Part shown: in pieces, positions 36,702 to 45,647 of the stretch | Layout of the letters: every line of letters begins with the position of its first letter | Position numbering within the stretch: position 1 is the first letter of the stretch | Assembly (NCBI GenBank): GCA_048882045.1 | Contig: JBHLRZ010000004.1 | Coordinates: 85,257-149,256 of the forward strand | Length of the DNA stretch: 64,000 bases | Direction of reading: 5' to 3' | From: Candidatus Thorarchaeota archaeon | Lineage (GTDB): Archaea > Asgardarchaeota > Thorarchaeia > Thorarchaeales > Thorarchaeaceae | Program-made: the position numbers and the translations under genes | Notes under the pieces: generated by a model | Told to the model about the DNA's origin: nothing | What the model saw: only the letters and a program-made list of their open reading frames with translations | The model's database searches: none

Positions 36702-37268
36702 ATGACTAGCGAGGATGACACTTTCTTCGAGGAAGAAGATTACGACGAAGAAGAAGAGGATGAAGAAGAGGAAGAAGAGGATGAAGAGGACGATTTTCCT
36801 GATGCGGATGAAGATGAATATGATGGATATGATGACTATGCCATCGATGGACCATCTCGGCTCACAAAATTCGCTGATGACCCATGGCCTACTACTACAT
36901 TTCTATTGATGGTCATCGGTTTCGGTGTTGTATTTGCACCGTCTGTCTTTTGGGCAGGTGCCAACAGGTACTTCCTTTTGGCGGGATACGTCCTACTCAT
37001 TCTCTGCGGAGTTGCAATCTCTTACTCCCTTGTCACATGGGAGAAAGCCAGAGGTTCAAGACTTCGCTGGGCGGGAATGACTAACTTTATTGTCGTGATT
37101 CTCTGTGCTGTGATTGGTATAGCCGATACAATCAACTGGGTCGTGAACACACAGTCCATTATACCTGGAATCACAACTCCATTGATATCTCTGATAATGG
37201 TTCTAGTAGTCTTCTCCATCTACACTCTATGGATCGTTCAGAAGAACTTCTCCGGCCCTCGACGCTAG
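36702..37268 (+). CDS. membrane protein with extremely acidic N-terminal tail
   Basis: The N-terminal 60 aa or so are almost all D/E (EEEDYDEEEEDEEEEEEDEEDDFPDADEDEYDGYDDY), followed by 4 TM helices. Confidence 0.6.
   Translation: MTSEDDTFFEEEDYDEEEEDEEEEEEDEEDDFPDADEDEYDGYDDYAIDGPSRLTKFADDPWPTTTFLLMVIGFGVVFAPSVFWAGANRYFLLAGYVLLILCGVAISYSLVTWEKARGSRLRWAGMTNFIVVILCAVIGIADTINWVVNTQSIIPGITTPLISLIMVLVVFSIYTLWIVQKNFSGPRR
36729..36840 (+). repeat. GAN-codon low-complexity coding tract (acidic tail)
   Basis: A run of GAA/GAG/GAT/GAC codons. Confidence 0.7.
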
Positions 37269-37271
37269 CGG

Positions 37272-37643
37272 GTGCCCAAGATGGATTCAACGACACTGGA
37301 AGAGATGATAGTCCTTATCAGAGACTTCGTTCAAGAAAGAAACTGGGAACAGTATAACAAGCCTGCCGCACTTGCTGTTTCAGCTTCGATTGAGATGGGT
37401 GAGCTTCTAGAGTTGTTTCAATGGAAGACAGATGAAGATGTGGAGTCTGCCCTTCAGGATGAGGAGTTCGTTGCAGCTCTAGGAGGAGAGATCATTGATG
37501 TCCTTGTGTATCTCCTGCGAATTTGTGACAAGGCTGGCATTGATCCAACACAGGCATTTCTTGATAAGATGAAGAGAAACGCCAAGAAGTACCCAATCAA
37601 GGAATGGAAGGGAAAGGCTCCGAGCAAGCTCAATCGTCAGTGA
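37272..37643 (+). CDS. MazG-like nucleotide pyrophosphohydrolase (dCTP pyrophosphatase-like)
   Basis: FVQERNWEQYNKPAALAVSASIEMGELLELFQW...GGEIIDVLVYLLRICDKAGIDP...KMKRNAKKYP. This is the four-helix MazG pattern with an E..E/E..D arrangement. Confidence 0.75.
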   Translation: MPKMDSTTLEEMIVLIRDFVQERNWEQYNKPAALAVSASIEMGELLELFQWKTDEDVESALQDEEFVAALGGEIIDVLVYLLRICDKAGIDPTQAFLDKMKRNAKKYPIKEWKGKAPSKLNRQ

Positions 37644-38424
37644 GTTTCGAGTACAGATTAGGACGGCGGTCATCGATGATATGATTCCTCTTAGTTATCA
37701 TTTTGTCATCAGCATCCAATGGGTTGATCTCAACCCAAGCAAGTCCAACCTTCTCTCCATTGAGGGAAGCCATTCGTTGACCTTTCGGACTCGTAATTTG
37801 TGAGTGTCCAGAAAATGAAACCTCGCGCTCTGTACCTATTCTATTTGCTGTCGCAGTGAAGACACGATTCTCAATTGATCTTGTAATCATGGCGTCTTGG
37901 CAATAGGGAAGAACAAGATTGGCTGGATGCAGGATTACTTGCGCACCTTTCAAAGTCAGGACCCTAGCAATCTCTGGAAACGCCCAATCAAAACAAATCA
38001 TCACTCCATACTTGTGGTTCTGAAATTGTACCACAGGAGGTTCATCATTACCCTGTAGGAACCAGCTCTTTTCATTCAAGAATAACTGAATCTTCCGATA
38101 TGTCGCTAGGTGCTCACCATTCGCAAAAACACCAGCAGAATTGTAAAGTCCTTTTTCTGTTCTCTCACAGATACCTGCAACGACCATTTTATCTTGTTCT
38201 GACCATTCAAGTAGAATCGACGAGAGAGGGCCCTCAGGAATCTCTTCCGATGAAGCAACAGCTTCTTCCTTGTTCTCAAACACATAACCTGAGTTGCATA
38301 ACTCTGGCAAAACCAGTACCTCTATGGATCTCTTCTCAGCTTCTTCGAGCAGTCCCCGGATCCTAATTATGTTCTCTTCAACATTGGTGATGACAGGTTC
38401 CATCTGCCCAACAGCTAATCTCAT
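37630..38424 (-). CDS. carbon-nitrogen hydrolase (nitrilase superfamily)
   Basis: Catalytic triad contexts VLPELCNSGY (Glu), YRKIQLF (Lys) and VMICFDWAFPE (Cys). Confidence 0.8.
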   Translation of the reverse strand: MRLAVGQMEPVITNVEENIIRIRGLLEEAEKRSIEVLVLPELCNSGYVFENKEEAVASSEEIPEGPLSSILLEWSEQDKMVVAGICERTEKGLYNSAGVFANGEHLATYRKIQLFLNEKSWFLQGNDEPPVVQFQNHKYGVMICFDWAFPEIARVLTLKGAQVILHPANLVLPYCQDAMITRSIENRVFTATANRIGTEREVSFSGHSQITSPKGQRMASLNGEKVGLAWVEINPLDADDKMITKRNHIIDDRRPNLYSKLTDD

Positions 38425-38473
38425 TGCTATCTCACCTTTCTCTCATGCTCCATCTGTCATGAGTTTCAATTAA

Positions 38474-39334
38474 TCAGAAGAGACCGTTTTGCATAGCAGT
38501 TTGACAGTCGCAACTCGCCTTCTTCGGAATTTTGGCAATCATCTCAAAGGTCAACTTTCTGACTCTCTCGACATTCTCTGACATTGTCTTGAGGACCATT
38601 GCATGTGTGACTACCTCATCAGCATGTACATCGTAATCTGTTGGCATTGAAATATTCACAAAACAAATTCCTGCCTCCCGAGCAAGTGCAGCTTCGGGAT
38701 ACGCGGTCATCCCAATGACTTCCCATCCTTGGTTGTGATAGAACATCGATTCAGCTCGTGTTGAGAATCTCGGTCCGTTGATACAGACGTATGTTCCTCC
38801 ATCATGAACCTTGTATTTCACCTCTGCCGCAGTATCCACTGCTACCTTTCGTAGCTCGGGACAGAAGGGCTCAGCGAATGGGAGGTGTGCAATAGTCCCT
38901 TCTTCAAAGAAGGTGTCCTTTCTGACTCCCTTAGTTCTATCGAAAAGTTGGTCTGCAATCACGAACTCTCCAAGTCTGACCTTTTCTGGTTGAAGACTGC
39001 CAGTGGCAGCTGGACTGATAATTCGAGTAACACCAAGAGATTTCATTCCCCATATGTTCGCTCTATAATTGATCATATGTGGAGCGATTGTATGACCTCT
39101 ACCATGCCTCGCAAGAAATGCGAATGTCCGCCCCTTGACAGTCCCCAGAATGAAGTTGTCTGATGCTGCACCATACGGTGTGAACACTTTCACTTCGATT
39201 GGATTCTCAATTACATCAGAGTCATAGTTTCCAGAACCTCCAAAGAGTCCAATCTCAATTGGTAGAAGATTCTGAAGCTCTTCCGATTGACTTCTGTCAA
39301 CAGGTACTGCTGATAATTTTGCTTCGAATGCCAC
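38474..39334 (-). CDS. mtnP: S-methyl-5'-thioadenosine phosphorylase
   Basis: IGLFGGSG, FLARHGRGHTIAPHMINYRANIWGMKSLGVTRIISPAATGSL, and CINGPRFSTRAES...IGMT motifs of the MTAP/PNP family. Confidence 0.85.
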   Translation of the reverse strand: MAFEAKLSAVPVDRSQSEELQNLLPIEIGLFGGSGNYDSDVIENPIEVKVFTPYGAASDNFILGTVKGRTFAFLARHGRGHTIAPHMINYRANIWGMKSLGVTRIISPAATGSLQPEKVRLGEFVIADQLFDRTKGVRKDTFFEEGTIAHLPFAEPFCPELRKVAVDTAAEVKYKVHDGGTYVCINGPRFSTRAESMFYHNQGWEVIGMTAYPEAALAREAGICFVNISMPTDYDVHADEVVTHAMVLKTMSENVERVRKLTFEMIAKIPKKASCDCQTAMQNGLF

Positions 39335-39348
39335 TTTCTATATCCTCC

Positions 39349-40014
39349 TCACTTCTTCAGTCTCCAGGCCTTGTCAAGTGGGTACTCGATTTTTCCAAGG
39401 AAGCCCATGTGCGCTTTGATCTTTGAGAGTTGATCATCTGACACAACGATATTGTTGTATTCACGAAGGTGCTTCTTTAGTTCCATCGTACTGAGTTCAT
39501 CCATCTTCTCGCCCTCGAAAATCTTTGTTATGAGTGCCGAAAGGTCCTCATAGAAATTCCAAGGCCATATTTCCCAGGCCCATGCCACCTCGACTCCAAA
39601 GTAGTCCGGAACGAATTTTGAACCAGCGATATGCATGAGAGTTGCACTTTTGACACTGGTCGGTCCACAGTCCTTGACGTGATTGACCGCCATGGTCAGA
39701 CTCTCGCCAGTGTCAGTAATGTCATCTACGACGAGAACATTCTTTCCTTTGACATCTCCAGTCAATGGAATTGTCAGTTTCGCTTTTCCATCCTTCGTCG
39801 CTGTAACACCCCAATGATCGATTTTCACACTGTACAGCTCTTTGATGCCCAAGAGGTCGCATGCAATCCTCGCATGAACCCAACCTCCTCTGGCAATACC
39901 GACAACTGCATCTGGTTTCCATCCAGACTGCTTGATTTTCTCAGCAGTCTGATATGCATAGTTGTAAATGTCATCAAAATCGAGCACATAGCATAGTGGA
40001 CCCTTTAGTTCCAT
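39349..40014 (-). CDS. purine phosphoribosyltransferase (archaeal HGPRT-like) with C-terminal extension
   Basis: PRPP-binding motif VLVVDDITDTGESL, with an upstream VVGIARGGWV loop. Confidence 0.75.
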   Translation of the reverse strand: MELKGPLCYVLDFDDIYNYAYQTAEKIKQSGWKPDAVVGIARGGWVHARIACDLLGIKELYSVKIDHWGVTATKDGKAKLTIPLTGDVKGKNVLVVDDITDTGESLTMAVNHVKDCGPTSVKSATLMHIAGSKFVPDYFGVEVAWAWEIWPWNFYEDLSALITKIFEGEKMDELSTMELKKHLREYNNIVVSDDQLSKIKAHMGFLGKIEYPLDKAWRLKK

Positions 40015-40128
40015 ATCAATCAGCCACCGAGGTCCCGGTTTTGCGGACTCTGATAAAAGTATACCCCTCTCTCTGTTTTGTCAGGAACAGTAATAGGGAG
40101 GGCTCATCTGAGGCTGTCCCGAATCCCT

Positions 40129-40443
40129 ATGTCAAACGAGAAAGAATGTGTTGGCAAAGAACCGCGGAAAATCGTTGCTCGAGTTGTGAGCCAAGAAGGA
40201 CATTGTCCAATAGGTCACAAGGTCGGAGATACTGTTGAGTTTAACCATTTTGGAGTGAAGGGTGATATTTGCATCAATGCGCTGTTTACAATGTTACCAG
40301 TTGTCTACGCAATGATGCATAATGCGTATTTCCCTTGGTCGGAAGACCACTGTAAGGAGCTCCATGCTTGTCCTGATCCAAAGAACCCCGTTGTTTTTGA
40401 ACTGGACAGGTCTCAACTGATGCAGAGAAAAGCCTCAGGTTAA
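40129..40443 (+). CDS. TIGR04076-like small Cys-containing protein
   Basis: 104 aa from ATG 40129: GHCPIGHKVGDTVEF...GDICINALFTMLPVVYAMMHNAYFPW...CPDPKNPVVFEL, a pattern I associate with the TIGR04076 family. Confidence 0.55.
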   Translation: MSNEKECVGKEPRKIVARVVSQEGHCPIGHKVGDTVEFNHFGVKGDICINALFTMLPVVYAMMHNAYFPWSEDHCKELHACPDPKNPVVFELDRSQLMQRKASG

Positions 40444-40445
40444 GT

Positions 40446-41288
40446 CTACTGGAGTTCTACAGTAAGTGAGTTATACTCACCAGGAGTATACGCGATCCGA
40501 ACAGAGATTTCATCTCCATTCTTCACATTTACAGATGGGTCCAATGGCAGGAACAGCTGTTTCCACCCATCCTCCATTTTCAAGATGATGTTCTCATGCA
40601 AAATTGACTCAAAGAAACCAACAAAACCATGGATGGTTCCATCTTCTACTATTCTGAAGTCGAGAACTTCATCAATCACCTTGGTGGTTGATGACTCTGC
40701 GAAATTCAATTCCTTCAAGATTTTTGCATCTGCTAGGTCTCTTGATGCTTCCGGACTTACAGTCTGTACGACACTCGGGAATCGCAAATCGATAACAGAG
40801 AAGCGATCCGTCATCAGCTGACTCTCAACTGGAACAATGCATATCGTCGCAGATTGAGGAATGAGAAGTCCGCTCTTTTTCATCACATATCTAGTTGCAT
40901 GATTACATGCTGCCACCTGTTGTTCAATAAGCATGATAGATGATAACATCTCACAGATGACCAAGTCTGCTTTCTCTTCACCAACAAATTCTGAGAAATG
41001 ACACTCCACAAAATCAGTTCGATCTCCAACTCCGTTCATGACAGCAGCCTTGCGAGCGTAGCTAATCGATTCTCTGCTTATATCTATCCCTGTAACTTTG
41101 CGAGCTCCCGCTTTTGCTGCCATGATTGCTAAAACACCAGAACCTGTTCCTATGTCAACAACATAATCATCGCTCTTCACAATCCTTTGAATTGCGTTCT
41201 GGAACTTGGCAAGTCTTGTCTTCTGCCCAAGCAACGTTGCAGCATGGAGCATTGTGAATGGGGTTGCATATTCTTGGTCTTTCATCAA
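40446..41288 (-). CDS. class I SAM-dependent methyltransferase, protein arginine N-methyltransferase (PRMT)-like
   Basis: Motif I VVDIGTGSGVLAIMAAKAGARKVTGIDIS. A double-E-loop-like CEMLSSIMLIEQ with the same E-x8-E spacing as PRMT1 SEWMGYCLFYES. HGFVGFFE, and a THW-loop-like DGWKQLFLPL in a C-terminal domain. Confidence 0.6.
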   Translation of the reverse strand: MMKDQEYATPFTMLHAATLLGQKTRLAKFQNAIQRIVKSDDYVVDIGTGSGVLAIMAAKAGARKVTGIDISRESISYARKAAVMNGVGDRTDFVECHFSEFVGEEKADLVICEMLSSIMLIEQQVAACNHATRYVMKKSGLLIPQSATICIVPVESQLMTDRFSVIDLRFPSVVQTVSPEASRDLADAKILKELNFAESSTTKVIDEVLDFRIVEDGTIHGFVGFFESILHENIILKMEDGWKQLFLPLDPSVNVKNGDEISVRIAYTPGEYNSLTVELQ

Positions 41289-41386
41289 ATTTTGCCATAA
41301 CGAATCTTACTTATAATACAACTGAGAGCGACCTGTTACCAAGTAAGGCTGGAATTGGCGTGTCTGAAGATCCCATCGATTCAGCA

Positions 41387-42520
41387 ATGCGGGCTCTCGA
41401 AGAGGGCCGTCCTCAGGACGCTATAGACATTCTCGAGCCAATCGTCAACAACGACGATGAAGACGTTGACGCACTAGTCTGTCTTGGTATGGCATATGTT
41501 CAATCCGAAAACCCTGAGAAAGCAGTGACTGTTCTTGAACAGGCTGAGGAATTAGTGGAACAACACTATGTTGTCGAGCTCTTTTTAGGTCGGGCTCTCT
41601 GGGCTCTTGGAAAGTTGTCTGATGCAGAGGATAGAATCCGTGAAGCACTCAGACTCGATTCATCTGAACCCGAGGTCTGGCTTGACCTTGGTCGAATAAT
41701 GTATAGAAACAATCAGTACAAAGAAGCCATGAAACATCTTGAAAAAGCTCTAAACAGATTTCCAGATGATCTTGGAATTCGGGGACTTTACGCTCTGACA
41801 CTCTATCGTCTGGGAGATTTCACTGCTGCTACTGATGAATGGGGGATTGTTCACAGATTGAACCCGGAACTGATGGCAGCCATCTCCAACTATGCATATC
41901 TCTTACTACTACAAAACCGCTCATATGAAGCATCTCCCTTCGTTGGACGTGCAAATACTGTTGATCCTAATGACTATCGTTCATTGATACTTCTCGGAGA
42001 GCTTCGTTTACAATCTGAGGAATACGAAGGTGCAATCGATTGCTTCAACAAAGTCTTAGATCAAGATCCCAGTAACATTGAGGCACTCTCGAGACTTGCT
42101 TATCTCGCCCATGTTGCAGGCGAAGAGAGTAAACTCAGTATCTTCTTAACCCGAGCTGAAGCTGAGTTGGGGAGGGACCCAGAATCTTGGAGAGGCATGT
42201 GTCAGCTCTATTCTCTTCTGGGCATGGATGATGACTACATCGATTGTCTTGCTCGTTGGACTCAGGCGGACAAAGGAACCGCTGCACCATGGGTCTTGCT
42301 GGCTAAAGAATATGACTGCATTGGTAAACTAGAACAGTCCAGAAATGCTTGGCGACGTGTGTTTGAACTTCGTGGTTATGTAAAGATCTATTGCTCCGGT
42401 TGCGAGGAAGAAATCAGGATTCCTTATGATCCAGTCAAGGGATTCGATGTGTATCAGGACATCCCATGTGGAAGATGCGGGACAACAATTATCATGCCCA
42501 TAGGTCTAGCAGTAACATAA
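41387..42520 (+). CDS. TPR repeat protein with C-terminal zinc ribbon
   Basis: Multiple TPR units, with C-terminal CSGCEEEIRIPYDP...CGRCGTTI. The track start 41258 would overlap the divergent gene, so the first ATG 41387 (or GTG 41360) is more plausible. Confidence 0.65.
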   Translation: MRALEEGRPQDAIDILEPIVNNDDEDVDALVCLGMAYVQSENPEKAVTVLEQAEELVEQHYVVELFLGRALWALGKLSDAEDRIREALRLDSSEPEVWLDLGRIMYRNNQYKEAMKHLEKALNRFPDDLGIRGLYALTLYRLGDFTAATDEWGIVHRLNPELMAAISNYAYLLLLQNRSYEASPFVGRANTVDPNDYRSLILLGELRLQSEEYEGAIDCFNKVLDQDPSNIEALSRLAYLAHVAGEESKLSIFLTRAEAELGRDPESWRGMCQLYSLLGMDDDYIDCLARWTQADKGTAAPWVLLAKEYDCIGKLEQSRNAWRRVFELRGYVKIYCSGCEEEIRIPYDPVKGFDVYQDIPCGRCGTTIIMPIGLAVT

Positions 42521-42972
42521 TGAATGAACGAAAATACCCTCGTTTTCCTATCCCTGGAGTCGGCGCAATAGTTGTAGGTTCTAAGGGCATTCTATTGGTG
42601 AGAAGAGACAAAGATCCAGGGAAGGGTCTCTGGAGTATTCCTGGAGGAGGTGTTGAGATTGGCGAAACTCAGGAAGAATCCATTGTGAGAGAAGTGGAAG
42701 AGGAAACTGGTGTGAAGTGCGAGATTATCTCTCTGATTAGCACAGCAGACCTTATCACACCCGATGAATCTGGACGCATTGAGTTCCACTATCTCCTAAA
42801 CCACTATCTGGCTCGAGCACTGACTGAACAAACCACACCTGAAATACCAGAAGCTGAAGTGGGATGGTTTCATCCTGATGCCCTCCCAGATGATATGGCG
42901 AGCTCTAGAATCACCGATTTGATACTTTCTGTAAAAGACCGAGTCGAGAAACTCATTTCTGAGTATACTTAG
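42520..42972 (+). CDS. NUDIX hydrolase
   Basis: Nudix box GGGVEIGETQEESIVREVEEETGV. ATG 42520 overlaps the TAA stop of the upstream TPR gene by 1 nt. Confidence 0.8.
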   Translation: MNERKYPRFPIPGVGAIVVGSKGILLVRRDKDPGKGLWSIPGGGVEIGETQEESIVREVEEETGVKCEIISLISTADLITPDESGRIEFHYLLNHYLARALTEQTTPEIPEAEVGWFHPDALPDDMASSRITDLILSVKDRVEKLISEYT

Positions 42973-43045
42973 ATGTATCATGAAGAAGCCAAGAAATATA
43001 AAAGCTCCCGAATACACTGAGAGATAACTTCTGACCAAAGGATGT

Positions 43046-43522
43046 ATGTTTACAATGTTCAGAACTATAATGGCACTCGTTATTGCGTTAGTGGCTGCAG
43101 TTTTGATTGGAGCCTTTCAAATTGTAGGACTCGATCTCGCAGGTATTCAAGCTATCATTGGTAGTGGCGACATTACTGGTGACCTTATGAGTTATGGCGC
43201 AACCCTCTTCGGTGTTTTGCTATTTCCATACACTGCTGCAACAGCGGCGACACCAATATACTCCCCGCTTGTGGCACTTGGTGTAGCTGGTTTCATTGCC
43301 GGTCTGATTTCCAAGAGCGGTGTTCGAATGCTGTTTGTGTCCATTTTTGCAATGGTACTCTTCTTCCTAGGTTTCTACATCTTGACTTATGCTGGAGACC
43401 CAACCAACTTCACTGAGATGTTTAACATCGCAAGAAATATGGTAATTGACATTGGAGTTGCATTCGGTCTACTGTTCATACCAGGTATCATTGGAGCTTC
43501 ACTAACGTCTGAGGACTACTGA
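43046..43522 (+). CDS. hypothetical multi-pass membrane protein
   Basis: 158 aa with 4-5 hydrophobic helices. Confidence 0.55.
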   Translation: MFTMFRTIMALVIALVAAVLIGAFQIVGLDLAGIQAIIGSGDITGDLMSYGATLFGVLLFPYTAATAATPIYSPLVALGVAGFIAGLISKSGVRMLFVSIFAMVLFFLGFYILTYAGDPTNFTEMFNIARNMVIDIGVAFGLLFIPGIIGASLTSEDY

Positions 43523-43540
43523 GTTCTCAATACTTAATCT

Positions 43541-43571
43541 GGGGGCATCAATGCCCCCGACGACCTTTTTT
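43541..43571 (+). terminator. GC hairpin plus T6 tract
   Basis: GGGGGCA-TCAA-TGCCCCC at 43541-43558, then TTTTTT at 43566-43571. It starts 19 nt after the stop of 43046..43522, between convergent genes. Confidence 0.5.
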
Positions 43572-45074
43572 CTAATCCTTTCCAAGGCACTCTGCAAATC
43601 TAGATGATGCGAGTGAAAGAAACTCCTCAAGCTGTTCTTTTTGAATGAATGCTCCAGCAGCCATTGGATGTCCTCCAGCTTCCGCGATGAGTCTATCATA
43701 TTGGCTGTTCAGCTGGTCTGCAACCTCCACAAAGACTTCTTTGAGGTTTACTCCTCTCTCTACAAGCGATTTGTGAGCCCTCCCTGACAATTTGACCAGG
43801 GGGCTGTCATCAGTTGTGTTTGTACTAATTCCAATTATCGGTCTGTCTATCGGTACTATCATCGATCCTTGAGCCATACCTATGACGATACCGATGATTG
43901 TGTCTGGAGTTTCAGGGTCATTGACAATATACATCCCTTCTCTCTCCTCATAGTGATCAATTTCTAATCGTCTTAATGCCATCGCGAGATTGGTTCTATG
44001 TTGATTAAGTAGGTTTAATCCCTCCCTGAACGCATCCGGGTCATTCATGCATATTCTGACTCCTACCTCTGGACGTTTGTTTCGTCCACATGCATTCAAT
44101 AGGGTTGAGAATTCCTTGGCACTGCGCATTTCTGTCTTAGGAGGTCTGTTTGGTAGTACAATTACATCTCCAATTATACCTTGAGCAATTCCTGGATCCG
44201 TATAGTTCTCTAGAACAATTTCGATGATTCCTTGGATGATTCTCTGTTTCTCCTCGGGTTCTAGATCTACCCAGGTTCTCCATTCGTCATTGGACTTCAG
44301 TTCGATATTTCGTTCCTGTAGGAATGAGTAGCATGCATCCTCAGCTCCGGTTAATCCTGGGAGATACGGATCAGTTGCATATTGTAGTAGATATGGAAGT
44401 GGTCTCGTATGAATGCCAAAGAACGTAAGGTCTCGAACCACAGTTAGATATCCTGAGGCCTCACCAAGTTGAGCAATTTCTTTGTTGAGCCCCACGAAGC
44501 CCTTACCATAGTAATCTTGGAGGTCACCTGTCGCACCGACTATGGCTAGTTCAGACAAATCGATATTACGCTCTGAAATGAAATAGGCAAGAAGGAATGC
44601 AGTACCTGAACCTGAAATGTCGTAACTCCCACTCAATCCATGCTGAGTTGGATTGATCTCCACAATCCCTTCGACTGGCGTATAGCTGTGATTTGACTCC
44701 TCATCAGGAGGAAGATGATGGTCTAGAATGATTATTTCACAAAGACCTTCAATCCCCTTGATGTGACTCTTTACCAGTTCAATCTGACCGGTTCCAAAGT
44801 CAGTGAAAATCACTAGGTCTGGTTTGTATTTCTGAATTTCCTCTTCAATCTGAATAATAGACTCTGAATTAATCTGATGGATATTCTTCCACTCGAAATC
44901 CTTGCCCTCGCGTTCCAGTATCTGTACTATGATCGCTAGTGCTGATATACCATCAGCATCAATGTGTGAAAAGGCATAGACTCTTTCCGATTTCTTTATG
45001 ATTCTTGATGCCTCACCAAGCAATTCTCCCATCTTTTCCGGAATTGACTCAAGTAGACTTTCCATTTTGCCCAA
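43572..45074 (-). CDS. DHH-family phosphoesterase, archaeal RecJ/GAN (Cdc45-like) type
   Basis: FSHIDADGISALAI (DHH motifs I/II), IIILDHHLPP (DHH), and a GGHPMAAGA DHHA1 motif near the C-terminus. Confidence 0.75.
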   Translation of the reverse strand: MGKMESLLESIPEKMGELLGEASRIIKKSERVYAFSHIDADGISALAIIVQILEREGKDFEWKNIHQINSESIIQIEEEIQKYKPDLVIFTDFGTGQIELVKSHIKGIEGLCEIIILDHHLPPDEESNHSYTPVEGIVEINPTQHGLSGSYDISGSGTAFLLAYFISERNIDLSELAIVGATGDLQDYYGKGFVGLNKEIAQLGEASGYLTVVRDLTFFGIHTRPLPYLLQYATDPYLPGLTGAEDACYSFLQERNIELKSNDEWRTWVDLEPEEKQRIIQGIIEIVLENYTDPGIAQGIIGDVIVLPNRPPKTEMRSAKEFSTLLNACGRNKRPEVGVRICMNDPDAFREGLNLLNQHRTNLAMALRRLEIDHYEEREGMYIVNDPETPDTIIGIVIGMAQGSMIVPIDRPIIGISTNTTDDSPLVKLSGRAHKSLVERGVNLKEVFVEVADQLNSQYDRLIAEAGGHPMAAGAFIQKEQLEEFLSLASSRFAECLGKD

Positions 45075-45140
45075 TAGAATGTCCCGTTGGGCATAATATA
45101 AGTTGGCCTCTCTCTGACAGCGAGTGAGCTGTTGGTAGTT

Positions 45141-45482
45141 CTACTCGGTCACCCTCATCGCTCTGGATATTGCGAGAAAGATAACAAGGAAAACGCTTGC
45201 TACAGCAGCAAGTACCCGAGCGACTTTTTGCCATCGTTTCAAGGGAATCTCAATCTCTCGGAGTTCGTTTGTAACCTTTTTGAGATACACACGCCTCTCG
45301 GTATAAAGTGCTTCTTGGTCGTCGATCTTGGAAGAATACTCACCCCAACTCTGATACAATGGCTCTTCTGGATTTGCTTCAATCCATTCAATGTAAGTTT
45401 CTAGAATTTCTTCCTTGTGTGGCGATGGAAAACCCTCAATTACCTCTCGTACTCGGATTTCCCAATCGTTATCTTTTGTCAT
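45141..45482 (-). CDS. hypothetical protein with C-terminal TM helix
   Basis: 113 aa. Soluble helical N-terminal part, then VARVLAAVASVFLVIFLAI. Confidence 0.45.
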   Translation of the reverse strand: MTKDNDWEIRVREVIEGFPSPHKEEILETYIEWIEANPEEPLYQSWGEYSSKIDDQEALYTERRVYLKKVTNELREIEIPLKRWQKVARVLAAVASVFLVIFLAISRAMRVTE

Positions 45483-45647
45483 TGTCCATTATGCACCTCA
45501 TTTTCCCGGCTTTGAGGACTAATAGGAGTCAATATCTTTGATTATAAATGTTGACTGTTGGGCGCGAAACACTGTTCGCAATATATCTTGCTCATTTTTT
45601 GCGTATAAGTCACACTGACCATGCAAGGATGAAGCGCCGAATGCGCA

